Both the position numbers and the translations under genes were made by a program. The notes below the pieces were generated by a model that saw nothing but the letters and a program-made list of their open reading frames with translations, did not search any database and was not told the DNA's origin. Positions 51,764 through 62,991 of a DNA stretch of 64,000 nucleotides are shown piece by piece (position 1 is the first letter of the stretch; the number at the start of each line of letters is the position of its first letter). The stretch is taken from the NCBI GenBank assembly GCA_000002445.1, contig CP000071.1, positions 1,472,001-1,536,000 on the forward strand, read 5' to 3'. Origin of the DNA: Trypanosoma brucei. Its lineage: Eukaryota.

Positions 51764-54700
51764 AATATATATATATATGTTTATACGCTGAGACATGTTA
51801 TCAAAACGAAACGAAACAAAACAAAACAAAAAACCAAAAAAAACAACAACAACAACAACAACGAGTACACCTTATGGATAGCAAAAGGGGGTTATTATGA
51901 TCATATAAATATGTGGTCTTTACATACGTGTGATTATTATATACAATTATATTCAGAATTGTTCATTTATTCGCATCACACATTCATTCATTCATTCAAA
52001 AACATATACACATATGAATTTTGTATGAATAAGCACACTTATGTACTCATATAACTTTTCCTCTTTGATTTTGTTTTATTTTCTGTCTTATCATTTAGGT
52101 TGCTTCCGTTTGGTATTCTCTGTGTTATATTCCATTTATTTTTCTAAAAAAAAAGGAAATAATAATTTTTTTTGTTTGTCTCACTGGTCTCTATTACTTC
52201 CTTCCATTTTTATGCTTTCACAAATAAGGCGGCTCTGACTATTATTATTGTTATTATTATTTGGTGGAAAAAAAGGCAAAACAAAAAAAAAAAAAGAACA
52301 GGAGTAAACACCAAATGTAAGCTACCAGGTGCGAAGGCACAAAAAAACAAAAAAGGAAAAATAACAGAGGGAAGGAGACAAACAACCGGGGACACATACA
52401 AAAAGGAGAAAAGAAATGAAAAAAAAAGAAGAGAAATTATTACTTACACATGGCTTCACATGAAAACATGAGAATTGTATACATGATCATATATTTTTGA
52501 AAAAAAAAATGCATGAAAAACACTTACACTTATATGTTTACAAATTTATGCTAATGTGTTATTGCGGCCACTAAAAAGAAAACAAAAAAAACCTAACGGG
52601 TGCTCGGACAAAAAAAGAAAAAAAGTGGAAATGAAGGGATGAAGGGTTTAAACATTTCAAGATATTTATCAAATATAATTTAAATAAATATATATGCAAG
52701 TGAAAAAGGATATGTATGAATAGAGATGAAAGATAAAAAAAATGTAGGTTTATGTCTCAGGGTTGAAAGAAGGAAAAAAATAAAAAGAAAAAATAACAAC
52801 ACCACCACATCCATTTCTTTTTCTCTTTTTTTTTTTTTTACAAAATTTCCTTTTTCCCCCTTTTTTCCTTTTTTTTTTGTTTTAAATGTTTGTGCTTGTG
52901 CTTGTGCTTGTGCTTTTTTTTTTCCTTCATTTTCTCATCCCTCTGATTTTCAGTAGTGTCAGCGGTGTAAAATTTGTAGAATGGATTCATCGGTTAATTT
53001 TTTTTTTATGTGTGTGTATGTTTGATTTTTTTTTCTTTTTTTCTTCCACCTTTGTTTAAATATGAACAATTTTTTTTTTCCAAATAAAAAATGTATAGTG
53101 GTGTTAAAACACATAACGGAGGTGATGAAGTGCATGCTTCTCTATTTTGTTCCCATTTGTTTGTTGTTTTCTTTTTTCTTCTGTTTTTTCTTTTCTCTTT
53201 TTTCTTTTTTTTTTAAATATATTTGGTTGTGTGTGATTATTTGACTATTTGAAATGGCGTGTGAGAGGCCTCATTTTTGAGAATGCGGGGGAAATTAAAA
53301 AAAAGAAAAAAGAACAGGAGTGATAAAATGATACAAATAAAAGTTTTTTTTTTTAAAAAAAATAAAAAAGAGGGAAGGTGAGTGAAGGAGAGGGGAAGTT
53401 TTTTCTTTTTCTTTTGTTTTTTTTAATTTATGTTCTTGGAATTAGTGAACTCAACTGTCCACCTGTTCATTTTACTTTTTTTTTTTTAGTTAATTCATTT
53501 CGGTTTTATTATTTTTCTTATTTCTACTTTTATGCAATAATTTCTCTGCTTTGTGATGATCTTTAGTGCTAAGAACGAAAAGTGAGAGGGAAAGGGGGGG
53601 GGGAAAATAAAAATATAAATATATATGTTTATAAAATAAAACAAGACAGAACAAAACAAAACAAAATTTAAAATAAAAACCCATACTTTTATGTTTTAAT
53701 TTAGCGTTCGCCAAGCTGCGACGGATGTTTTATCTGTCTTATGCGTGTATGTGTATGCATGTGAGTGTGTCCGTGTCTGTAAAAGTCAGCTCATAAATAA
53801 TTATATATATAAGTATTTATATATATATTTATTTATTTATAAATACAAATGCAAGTTTTCATTCTTCAAAAATGAAAACATTTCACCCATTCAAACACAT
53901 TCGCATGCACACAAAAAGAAAAAAAAAGAAGAGGATTATATTTAAAAAAAAATGGACAAAAAGCGTTCAGCCGAGGGAGGGAAGTGGAGAGAAACTGTGA
54001 AGGGTTTCACATATTAAGAGGGAAAATGCAAAATTAAAGGGGGAGGGGGAAAAAAGGAGTCAAGAATGTGTTAGCCTTATGATTATTTTAACAGTTGTTT
54101 TTATTTTTTTTATTTATTTATGTTTTTTTTTTTTCGCCTCCCAGTGTTTGCCTGCACCAGCGTCGATGTTCTGTTTTGTGTCTGTGTGATTTCCGATTCT
54201 TATTTTCCCGCTTCTGCTTTCGTCTTTAATCTTTTTTTAAAAAAAATGTTTCAAAGCGGTTTATTTATTTATTTATTGTGTTGTAGTTTTTTTTTGTGTG
54301 TGTTTACTCTCGTGTTCACCTTTTACTTGATCCACTCTTTTTGTTTTGTTTTCCTTTATTTTCCTTTTTTGTTTTTAAGTCTTATTTTTAGCGTCGTTTG
54401 GTTCCGCTATTTATCCGCTCCATTTGAGCCCGCGAATGAACATATCTGAAGAACCGTATTTGTCTTTTTTTTTTGTTTTTTTGTTTTGTTTTGGAGTATG
54501 TGGCTGTTTTTCCCCCCATCTTTTTTTCCCCTTTTCCTTTTTTTTTTCCCTTCCCTTCCCTTCCCCTTCCCTTTCTTTTTTTTCTTTTAAATTAAAAAAA
54601 AAAACAATTATTTTTACACTGCTTTCTAGTTTTTTTTTTTGAAGAAAAAAAGAAAAGAAAAACAATATTATTGATCTCTCACTCCCTCTTCATATTGACT

Positions 54701-55059
54701 CTCCCCCTCCCATAATATATATGAGTTTATACAAATATTCATTATCACAAGGAGACGCCACTAATAATAAATACTGTCGTTTATTCTTTTGTTCTCTTTT
54801 TTTTTTTTGTTAAATATCTGCTTTATGCATTTATTACACATTTTTTTCTTGTTTATTCTCCCTATATTTATCTTAATGTTTCCTGCACTTACACATGTGG
54901 GTATCATTAAAGAGTTTTTTTTTAAAAAGAAAAAACAAACCAACAACAGCATCAGCAATAATAATAATAACAACAATATATTAACAAAAAAGTAAAAAAA
55001 AAGAAGAAGAGAAAAGAAATAATTCAAAAAAAAAAAGAAAAATAAAAGAATAAAAGTAA
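49921..55059. repeat. About 5.1 kb of AT-rich low-complexity intergenic DNA. It contains several (TA)n microsatellites (about 50294-50318, 51450-51475, 51728-51778), (AAAC)n and (CAA)n runs (51800-51865), (GTGCTT)4 (52894-52917) and alternating purine-rich and pyrimidine-rich blocks.
   Basis: No ORF on either strand has coding-like composition. Only homopolymer and simple-repeat derived ORFs occur. Base composition differs sharply from the flanking genes. Confidence 0.85.
54781..54925 (+). promoter_or_regulatory. Extended polypyrimidine (T-rich) tract plus AG dinucleotides, the predicted trans-splice acceptor region for cytochrome c. An A-rich 5' UTR of about 140 nt follows.
   Basis: ttattcttttgttctcttttttttttttg...tttttttcttgtttattctccctatatttatcttaatgtttcctgcacttacacatgtgggtatcattaaAGAG immediately upstream of the A-rich leader that ends at ATG 55060. 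Confidence 0.5.
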
Positions 55060-55404
55060 ATGCCACCAAAGGAGCGTGCAGCACTTCCACCCGGTGACGC
55101 AGTGCGTGGGGAGAAACTTTTTAAGGGCCGGGCGGCGCAGTGCCACACGGGTACAAAAGGCGGTTCCAACGGTGTTGGGCCTAATTTATATGGAATTGTT
55201 GGCCGTAAATCCGGAACTGTTGAGGGTTTTACGTACAGCAAAGCCAATCAAGATTCCGGTGTTATGTGGACTCCGCAGGTACTTGACGTGTATTTGGAGA
55301 ATCCAAAGAAATTTATGCCCGGCACTAAAATGTCTTTTGCAGGTTTAAAGAAACCACAGGAACGCGCCGACCTCATCGCATACCTCGAGACATTAAAGGA
55401 CTAA
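55060..55404 (+). CDS. CYTC: Mitochondrial cytochrome c, kinetoplastid type with single-cysteine AxxCH haem attachment.
   Basis: 114 aa. [15 protein letters not shown] (AAQCH in place of the canonical CxxCH), then [52 protein letters not shown]. All are classic class-I cytochrome c blocks, including the Met ligand region. Confidence 0.9.
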   Translation: MPPKERAALPPGDAVRGEKLFKGRAAQCHTGTKGGSNGVGPNLYGIVGRKSGTVEGFTYSKANQDSGVMWTPQVLDVYLENPKKFMPGTKMSFAGLKKPQERADLIAYLETLKD

Positions 55405-56252
55405 AATGAGATAATAGAAAAATTTATAATATTTATAATATAACTACATTATTGAAAATTTATGTTATCATACATGTATTATTAAAGCAGAGGATGGAAG
55501 GAAGAAAGGAGGGGGGGGGTTATGTTATGATGGCAAGGATTCCATTATTATTATTATTATTTTACTTTGTGGCTATCGTTATCATTATCATTATCATTAT
55601 CATTATCATTATTTATATTTGTTATTTGGGACTATGAGACGAGCAAGAAAACGAAGGAAAACATGACCAATAGTTAATGTTAATGTTAATGTTATTGTTT
55701 TTTTAATTTTTTTTTGTTTTTGATAAGAGGAAAAAGAAGAAGAGACGCCATGAAGGAAAAGAAAAGAAGAACATAAATGAATTACAAAACGAAAATGAAA
55801 AGAAACACAAATCAAAGTAGAATTAAGTGAAACTAAATTTAAAGATGTGTGTGGTGTTGTCACCGTAAATGTTCCTATGCCATGAGAGGTTTATTTTATT
55901 TTTTGAACCTATCAAGATTCTTCTTTTTTTTTTCCTTTTCGTTCCCTTCCGCTCCATTTGCCGGAAAACTACGGTGCGACTTCACATTAATTTAGTGTTT
56001 TGTCTCTTTTGTTTCCCCCCTCCTGACTTTTTGCCATGTCAGAAGAGCAAAATAAAAAACAAAATGAAAAGGAGGAAAAAAAATAAAAATAAAAAAGAAA
56101 AGAGCAAAAGAGGGATGTACGTTATGATGGGGATGGAGGGGGGGGGAGGGAATTTTAAACCGCAACAATACACATTTATATTTTTTATATTTATGAATGC
56201 AAACATGAAAAGGGTGAATAAAAAGAATAAACAGGAACAAAAATATGTAAAA

Positions 56253-56390
56253 GGATGGAGATTGGGGAGGGGAGGAGGAGGAGGAGGAGGAACAGAGGAA
56301 TATTGCGGTGTGCAATTTTTTGTCTTTGTCTTTTTCTTTTTTTATTTTTATTTTTATTTTTCCCTCCCCTCCCCAATCTCCATCCTCCTC
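56253..56390. repeat. 24-nt perfect inverted repeat (ggatggagattggggaggggagg ... cctcccctccccaatctccatcc) separated by an 85-nt spacer of (GGA)n and T-rich sequence. Potential long hairpin or cruciform about 0.9 kb downstream of cytochrome c.
   Basis: Left arm 56253-56276. The right arm (about 56365-56388) is its exact reverse complement, checked base by base. The spacer contains ggaggaggaggaggagg and tttatttttatttttatttt. Confidence 0.8.
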
Positions 56391-57690
56391 TTGCACTTTA
56401 ACGATACGTAAGGTGTTTTGTTATTGAAAAGAGGAGTGTTTGTGTGGCAGGCCAAGTATTACAAGGAGAATAAAACAAACAAATAAAAGAGCAAACAAAC
56501 AAAAGGAAAAGGAGGGATTCAAAAAAGAAAAAGAAAAGAGGAAAGGGAAGCGACCGCAACTCCCTGAGTTCTAAGAACTTTCTTAATCCATATACATGGG
56601 GTAAATACATTTATAAGGGATAATTGAAATAATAATAATAATAATTAAAAAAAATCAAGACAGAACGCAACAGGATATACATCTATATCTATATTATTGT
56701 TATTATTATCGGCCTAAAAAAAATTTCTCGCAATAGTTTTGTTTTTTTTGTCTATGTGCCCGTGTGCTTGTGTTTTTGTTTGTTCCCTTTGTTGTGGGCA
56801 TTTCCAGCGGCCGCATCTTTACAGCCATCACAATTAAGCCCATCAAATGACCGCTCCATGCATTACTCTTCTTCCTATTTCTACTCCATTTCGTCTTATT
56901 ATTATTACTGTTGTTGTTGTTGTTGTTTTTATTGTTATGAACTTTATTGTTGCATATACTCGGTTCTTCATGTATTTTGCCTCCGCATGTCACCTTTCGT
57001 TTTGCTTCATTTCTATTTTTCCCTTTCCCCCCTCCGCCCTCTGGTCTCCTCCTCATCCTTTTGCGTGTGAAGCAGAGGGAAAAAGAGGTGAGGTAGCGGT
57101 AAAAAATAAATTTCCTTTCATAAAGTTACAAATGTTTGTAGGCTTGCATATTTATTAGGGAAGTTGGGTATATAAACATGTAGGAAACAGGTTTGCCGTG
57201 TCGTTCCTTCCGTTCATGCTTAATATAAGCCGTGTGGATATTTGTGACATGTGTGATTATGTTGAGTTATGTCTTGTGACTTACCAGGGATAAGGCCTGA
57301 AAACGGAGTAGTGGAGGAAGCGGACGAGACTGAAACGGTAAGACAGTGTGAACCTCCGCACTGACCTCAGTTTTTTCGCCCTTTTTTTCCTGCTTTTTTT
57401 TATTTTCCATTTGATTGATTATCTTTTTTTTTTTCTTTCTGGAAGTGACCTCTCTTTTGTAGTGGTAGTGTTGGTGGATAGCGTTGTGGTGCAAAATCTG
57501 CCCCGTTGAGCGTCCGTTAGACGAGGCGTCACGGCCTGCCAATAGAGGCGGAGTTGTCAAAAGTATAATAAATTAAACGGGCACTCACAACAACAACAAC
57601 AGTAACCAAACACCGCTTGTGCCGAAAGTGGAAGAAAAGGGAGAGTGAGGCAGCAGGTGAAGGAGAGGGGCAGTAGATATTCTTTTGGCA

Positions 57691-59424
57691 ATGCAGCATC
57701 ACTTCCACCTCAATCGCAGTTTCGATATGCAGTTGTCTCCCGTTGCAGCCTCTATTATCGACTGGGCTCCAGCTGGCCGCACCGGTACCGTTGGGAATTC
57801 CCACACTCCCGCATGTTCCCTTCCAACTGTAGGCGTAAACGGGTCACACACTCATGCGGTGGATTCGACGTCATTAAGCGGTGCGGCTAAACTTAAACCT
57901 GCTGAAAATCTCTCTGGCATGCGGGTGCTGCACCGGTGCACTCGGCAGTTGCTTGCCAATTCGTGCGTGTTGGTGCCGATCTTTTCACGGGGTACGTTTA
58001 ATGTGAATGCGGGGCTGCTCGCTTCTCTCGGTCTGACCGGCGGGTGGAACGATGCCTGCTCGCGGCCTTCCGGTTTCCACGCCAATGATGTGCTGCAATT
58101 GGAGGCGACGTGGGGCAAGAGGCAATGGGCGGGGATATTTAACTTGGTGTGTTTCTCTTGGATGTCTACCACTCTTCCCCTATTTGAGTTTATTACGGTG
58201 TCACCTCGGACAGATTCGTCGCTGCAGGTCGACCGACTGATGTTCAACTGGAGCGGTTTCTGGCGGGTGTTCGTTTCGGGTGACGGCAGTCGCCGAAATT
58301 CGCTCATATCGATGGATTCCCCCGCTGAAAGGTTTGTCGCTGACGTACCTGTTGCGCCCACTGGGAAACTACCTGACGAGAGTAAGTTGGGTGGTGTTAC
58401 CGGTGTTGATAAAAAACATGACGGGCTTTCCACTACGCCTCCGATTACCTCTAATGGTGATGATACAAGACGTGGAGGTGCCATCAGTACTGGAAAAAAA
58501 GTAAAGGTTGGTAATACCAGTGGCAATACCACTTCAATGAATGGCGATAGCGGTAGCGGCACGGCAGGGGTTTGCATGAAGAAAAGGGAAGAAGTTGCTG
58601 AGCCTGTCAGTGGCTCGAGTAGTGAGTTATGCGCCGAAACACAGAAGGTGGGTCGGTGGTGGAGGATTCGAGAGTTGCGCTGCGGTGTAGGTGTTGCTCT
58701 GAAAAATGACATCGTGAGTGCAGCAAACGCTTACTTTGGTTATAGCTTCCACCTGGGTCGAGCACTAACTTTCTCCTCGCATGTGGATGTTCTCCGTCGC
58801 GGCTGCTACTCCGTCACATGCAGCACCGATCGCTTCGACCTCGCCACGCGTCTGCGTGTCAACCACATCACATCGCATTTCACCGAGATGGATGCTGGAA
58901 TTGGTTGGCGGCCGCTACGGCACGTACCTGGCTTTACGTGCCGCCTCTCGTACTCGATGGGCCGCACATCGATGGGTTTTACTGCCCGTGATGTTACTAC
59001 TCACTGGGGTTTGGCGGCTCACAGAACTGAAACTCCGGTGCAGGCCACAGCGGTTCTACCACCACCGCTATCTTCCCTCCCTGTCCCCGTTGCTGTGGAG
59101 TCAAGGGGAGCTTTGTTACAGTTGTGGGACGCTAGCGTGGACTGGGGGCTGAGTGCAGCTCATTTAGTGCTTGGTACTCTTTTACCTTCATTAACTGGGA
59201 GCGCAGCAGCGGGGCGGCGGGTTGTAAAGGAGGGGGAGGAGGTGGAGGTTCCGGAGCATAAACCCAGGCAGTGGAATCGTCTCTCTCGAGCATTTCTTGC
59301 TGGTGTCAGCTACTGTAAAGCTTCGGTAACACAGGCGAAATTTGACCTCACGATGGGGGTGGCGACGCAGCAACCGAGACAATCGAGGCCTCTGAGGTTC
59401 TTTTTTGTTGTTTCAGCCTACTGA
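57691..59424 (+). CDS. Hypothetical protein, 577 aa. Ser/Thr/Gly-rich middle region; the C-terminal third has alternating hydrophobic/polar beta-like patterning. First ATG used; the track start at 57685 is TTG.
   Basis: Single ORF with coding bias. No recognised motif. The C-terminus ends ...RPLRFFFVVSAY. Confidence 0.5.
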   Translation: MQHHFHLNRSFDMQLSPVAASIIDWAPAGRTGTVGNSHTPACSLPTVGVNGSHTHAVDSTSLSGAAKLKPAENLSGMRVLHRCTRQLLANSCVLVPIFSRGTFNVNAGLLASLGLTGGWNDACSRPSGFHANDVLQLEATWGKRQWAGIFNLVCFSWMSTTLPLFEFITVSPRTDSSLQVDRLMFNWSGFWRVFVSGDGSRRNSLISMDSPAERFVADVPVAPTGKLPDESKLGGVTGVDKKHDGLSTTPPITSNGDDTRRGGAISTGKKVKVGNTSGNTTSMNGDSGSGTAGVCMKKREEVAEPVSGSSSELCAETQKVGRWWRIRELRCGVGVALKNDIVSAANAYFGYSFHLGRALTFSSHVDVLRRGCYSVTCSTDRFDLATRLRVNHITSHFTEMDAGIGWRPLRHVPGFTCRLSYSMGRTSMGFTARDVTTHWGLAAHRTETPVQATAVLPPPLSSLPVPVAVESRGALLQLWDASVDWGLSAAHLVLGTLLPSLTGSAAAGRRVVKEGEEVEVPEHKPRQWNRLSRAFLAGVSYCKASVTQAKFDLTMGVATQQPRQSRPLRFFFVVSAY

Positions 59425-60193
59425 GGGGGGGGGGAGGGGCGGGAGCTTCTTTTCACTTTTTTGTTGTATGTCCACATGAGGCAACTCGCTGCGTATGTGA
59501 CCATGCGGATTCGGGTGATGTGTCTCTGCCACACTGTGGAATAGTCGCATATTTGCTTCTGACAACATCGCCTCAACAGCGACGTCGAAACCATGTTGCT
59601 GCTGCTCGTCAGAAGGTGTGTGTTTGGCTTGGGAGCCTATGCCATCGGAATCGGAAGGGTTTCTCGGATTTATATCAAAATAAATATATGTAACTTCACT
59701 ATGATTGGGTTACTGACGTCGTTGCCGTCCGTATCCATCTTCCACTGATTTCGTCCGTTCAGTAAACTCAATTTCACATATATTTCCTCCTTCTTTCTTT
59801 TTGATTGTTTAAGGGCGCTTCTCCGTCGCAGTTTTGTTTCCACACCACCAAATAGACGTAAAATTCAACAAGCGAGGGGGAGTGGAGGGTTTTTTCTTTT
59901 CAAAAAGGGAAAGAGAAATATAAGAGATAGAAGGCGAAAGAGGAGCATAGGAAAGTCACTTGACCTGGTGCTAAATAACGTCGAGTTTCAAAAGGAAAAG
60001 AGGGGGGGGGAAAGAAATAAAATAAGGTAAAATATTTGTATATCTTCCTTGGTACTGTGTTGCTGCACCTCCGTAGTGTACCAGATTTCAGGTGCACAAC
60101 ATCTACATCGTTGTTCGCTTGCGTTTGACAGTTTGTTACTGTTCTCTGCAGTTTCAATAGGGGAGTTGTTGGGCTGCTGTACGCGTAAGGAAA

Positions 60194-61921
60194 ATGTCGT
60201 TATCTAACGTTGTTGCAAATAACACTATGATGGGAGTTCATAAGAACAACTCTGGCATTGGTAATGGGAATAAATCTCAAGATAATGATACTGGAAAAGG
60301 AGGGGGTGATACCGATAACAACGCTGAAACAACGGAGCAGAAGACTCACTATCAATACGTTCTTGCCATTGTCAATCCATTGGCTGGTGAAACCGGTACG
60401 TCGGGATACATTACTGAGAACCTAGTGTCGTTTTTTGGTGAGGAACGCGTGGTTCTGCTTAATAAAGACCTCTTCGCCGATCCCGCACCTTTACATGAGG
60501 CCATCCGCAAGTATGCTGTGCGATACATGTCGGACGAAGAGGAAGAAGAAGAGGAAACAAAAGGCACGGAGGTGGATGTTCGGTTGCCAACAGACGCTGT
60601 GGATGATCGTGGGACCGTCTTCGTTTCTGGTGGGGATGGAACAGTTTCTTACATTATGGATCAGATGGACGCGGTGCGGGAGATCGTAGAGAAGGAGGTG
60701 GGCAATAACGCGCGCGGTGAAGCCACCCCACGGGGGAAACCAATTTTTCCCGCTTTAGCGGTTCTTGCGTTTGGCACAGGCAATGACTTTTCAAACTGTG
60801 TAGGGTTCGGCCGTGGTTACAGTCGTGGAGGCAAATGTGGACCGCTGTGCAAAGAAGATTTGATTGAACATTATGTTCAAAAAGCCCTTACCGCTCGCAG
60901 TACACCGTTTGACCGCTGGGTGATGCAAGTAGTGCCCATGTCAGTGGCATGCAGGCAAAATGAGCGAGCCCAGCAGGGGGATGGGGGGGAGGAGGAGGAG
61001 CCACAGTCGCCGGACGGACAAAAGAGCAGTGTGACGCAAGGTGGACTTCATGATTTGTTTATTGATTGGGACGCACTAACTGATGACCCTGATTGCAAGA
61101 TTTACCGCTTCATTAACTATGTTAGTGTCGGGTTCGATGCATATGTGACACACAGGTTCAGCACATTTCGCAAAAACAACCCAAAATTCTGCAGTAAACG
61201 TTGGAGAAATAAGGCCGTATATTGTTGTTTTAGTTTTCGTGCGGCGGTAAGTTGTTCCCCACTGAAGGGGTGTGTTCCGAGTGTTTGGGTTAGTGAATCG
61301 ACGTGTGGAGAAGGGGGATACGTTTCCCCTGCCGGGAGTGGGTCCCACATGACGAATGTGCAACTTCCCAGTGGAAGTAAAACATTAATGCTTACCAACG
61401 TCACCTCATACGCAGCGGGGACAAAACCATGGAACGCGGGGAGCGGCAAACTGTACCGCAAAGGATCAAGTAAGAGCACAGCTTCAATCACACCGGTATG
61501 TGTGAATGACCGAAAGTTGGAGGTGCAAACTCACAGCGGCCTTATCCACATGGGAATGATGCAAATGAATGCGGGGAAAGGAGCAAACAAAATTTCTCAA
61601 ACCAACGACGTCATCTTCTTCGTTTCGTGCTGCCCAGAGGACATCTACAAGGGTAAGCATCAACAACCACCGGCGCGTGAGGGGGAAGGAAAGCAGTCGA
61701 AGATGAACCTGGAGGGCGCAGCAAACAACTTGAAGAAAGAAAGCAAGGAGTCAGTGTCTCTTTACGTACAGTTGGATGGGGAACCTATAATGATTATTAC
61801 CACCCCAAGTATAGTACGGATCAGGGAACTGCGCACACCCCGCGTATACGTGCGTTGTCTGAATGAAGATGTGCTTCTCGAGTCACCATCAGAAGAAGGA
61901 ACAGAAGGGGAAGGGGCGTGA
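60194..61921 (+). CDS. Lipid kinase with a diacylglycerol-kinase catalytic (DAGK_cat) domain. Diacylglycerol, sphingosine or ceramide kinase-like.
   Basis: VLAIVNPLAGETGTS (substrate-entry region), TVFVSGGDGTVSYIMD (the GGDG motif of DAGK_cat/NAD-kinase-like folds), LAVLAFGTGNDFSNCVGFG (the LGTGNDF-like motif). ATG start. 575 aa. Confidence 0.72.
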   Translation: MSLSNVVANNTMMGVHKNNSGIGNGNKSQDNDTGKGGGDTDNNAETTEQKTHYQYVLAIVNPLAGETGTSGYITENLVSFFGEERVVLLNKDLFADPAPLHEAIRKYAVRYMSDEEEEEEETKGTEVDVRLPTDAVDDRGTVFVSGGDGTVSYIMDQMDAVREIVEKEVGNNARGEATPRGKPIFPALAVLAFGTGNDFSNCVGFGRGYSRGGKCGPLCKEDLIEHYVQKALTARSTPFDRWVMQVVPMSVACRQNERAQQGDGGEEEEPQSPDGQKSSVTQGGLHDLFIDWDALTDDPDCKIYRFINYVSVGFDAYVTHRFSTFRKNNPKFCSKRWRNKAVYCCFSFRAAVSCSPLKGCVPSVWVSESTCGEGGYVSPAGSGSHMTNVQLPSGSKTLMLTNVTSYAAGTKPWNAGSGKLYRKGSSKSTASITPVCVNDRKLEVQTHSGLIHMGMMQMNAGKGANKISQTNDVIFFVSCCPEDIYKGKHQQPPAREGEGKQSKMNLEGAANNLKKESKESVSLYVQLDGEPIMIITTPSIVRIRELRTPRVYVRCLNEDVLLESPSEEGTEGEGA

Positions 61922-62991
61922 TTTTGTTTTCTTGTTTTCTTGTTTTCTTGTGTTTTTTTTTAATGATGGCTTGCAGGTTCTACAAATGAGTTGTGGGTTT
62001 AGATGATGCTGTTACCCAAGGATGAAGAGGTGGAACAACCGCTGAAAAGGTGGGGGAGCTGTGGTGGGAGGTTTCTGTTGAAGCATATAAGATCCAGTTG
62101 TTCATGAATGTATGTGAGAATCCCGATTCCCCAAACCCAACCCTCCATGTGCCTTTGTGGCTTTATAAGCGGTAGAGCGCGTGCTCGGGATATATGTGCA
62201 CGTATGTAACTGTTTTTCTTTGTTTTCTTGGTTGATTGTTACATTTTTTGAGTTTAAAAAAAATTGTGTATTACCTTTTTGTGGGGCACTGCTCATTCGG
62301 GGCAGCGCTCATGGAAATGTCGTGCCTAATAACTTTCTTTTTCTTTCCTTTCCAAAATCTCGTTGCTCTGGAAGGCACGTATAGAGCTTTCCGCATTTCG
62401 GTTACCGCGGCTCCCTCCCCCTCTTTTTTTTTTTTGCGGGGGGGGGAGAAGGGGGTTGGATGCCCATTTACACAGACGTATGTGCTCGTAGTGCATAAAA
62501 AGTCGCACGGTTGGGTTCCCTTCTTTTTTTAAAAAAAAATCCCCCCATCTCAACAGTCCTTAGTGTACACAATAGAGCTTGTTGGTGGGTTACCGCTTTT
62601 GTGTTATACTAACAATGCAATGGTGAATCCTTCGTAATTGTGCGCCTTGCGTGCTCGGTGTGCGTACATTTCCATTTTCTTCTTTTCCCCTTTACTTCGT
62701 TGATGCTAAGAACGATGCCACCTTATAATAACTTTCTTTGGTGATTTTCGCTTGATATAGTATATATATATATAAACATGTATACTGTTTAGCCTGATTT
62801 ATTCTTGACCGTTCCTTTATCCCTTTTGCTTTCGGTTCCGCTATTCGTTTCTGCGGCATCCAGCGGTCGTGCCATATAAACGTATGTCACATACTCCTTT
62901 TTTGATTCTATTTCTTTCTCTGCCCATTCGTTTCCTCCCAAAAATAAATAAATAAACAAAATTATTAAATAAAAGGTTTAGTGGCCGCGCC

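Noticed and set aside
50582-57158. Numerous 60-180-aa ORFs on both strands within the low-complexity island (e.g. 50712..51080, 51188..51571, 55869..56411, 56706..57056).
   Set aside because: Their translations are homopolymeric or simple-repeat peptides (poly-K/E/F/L/N) generated by A-, T-, GA- and CT-rich DNA. They show no coding periodicity.
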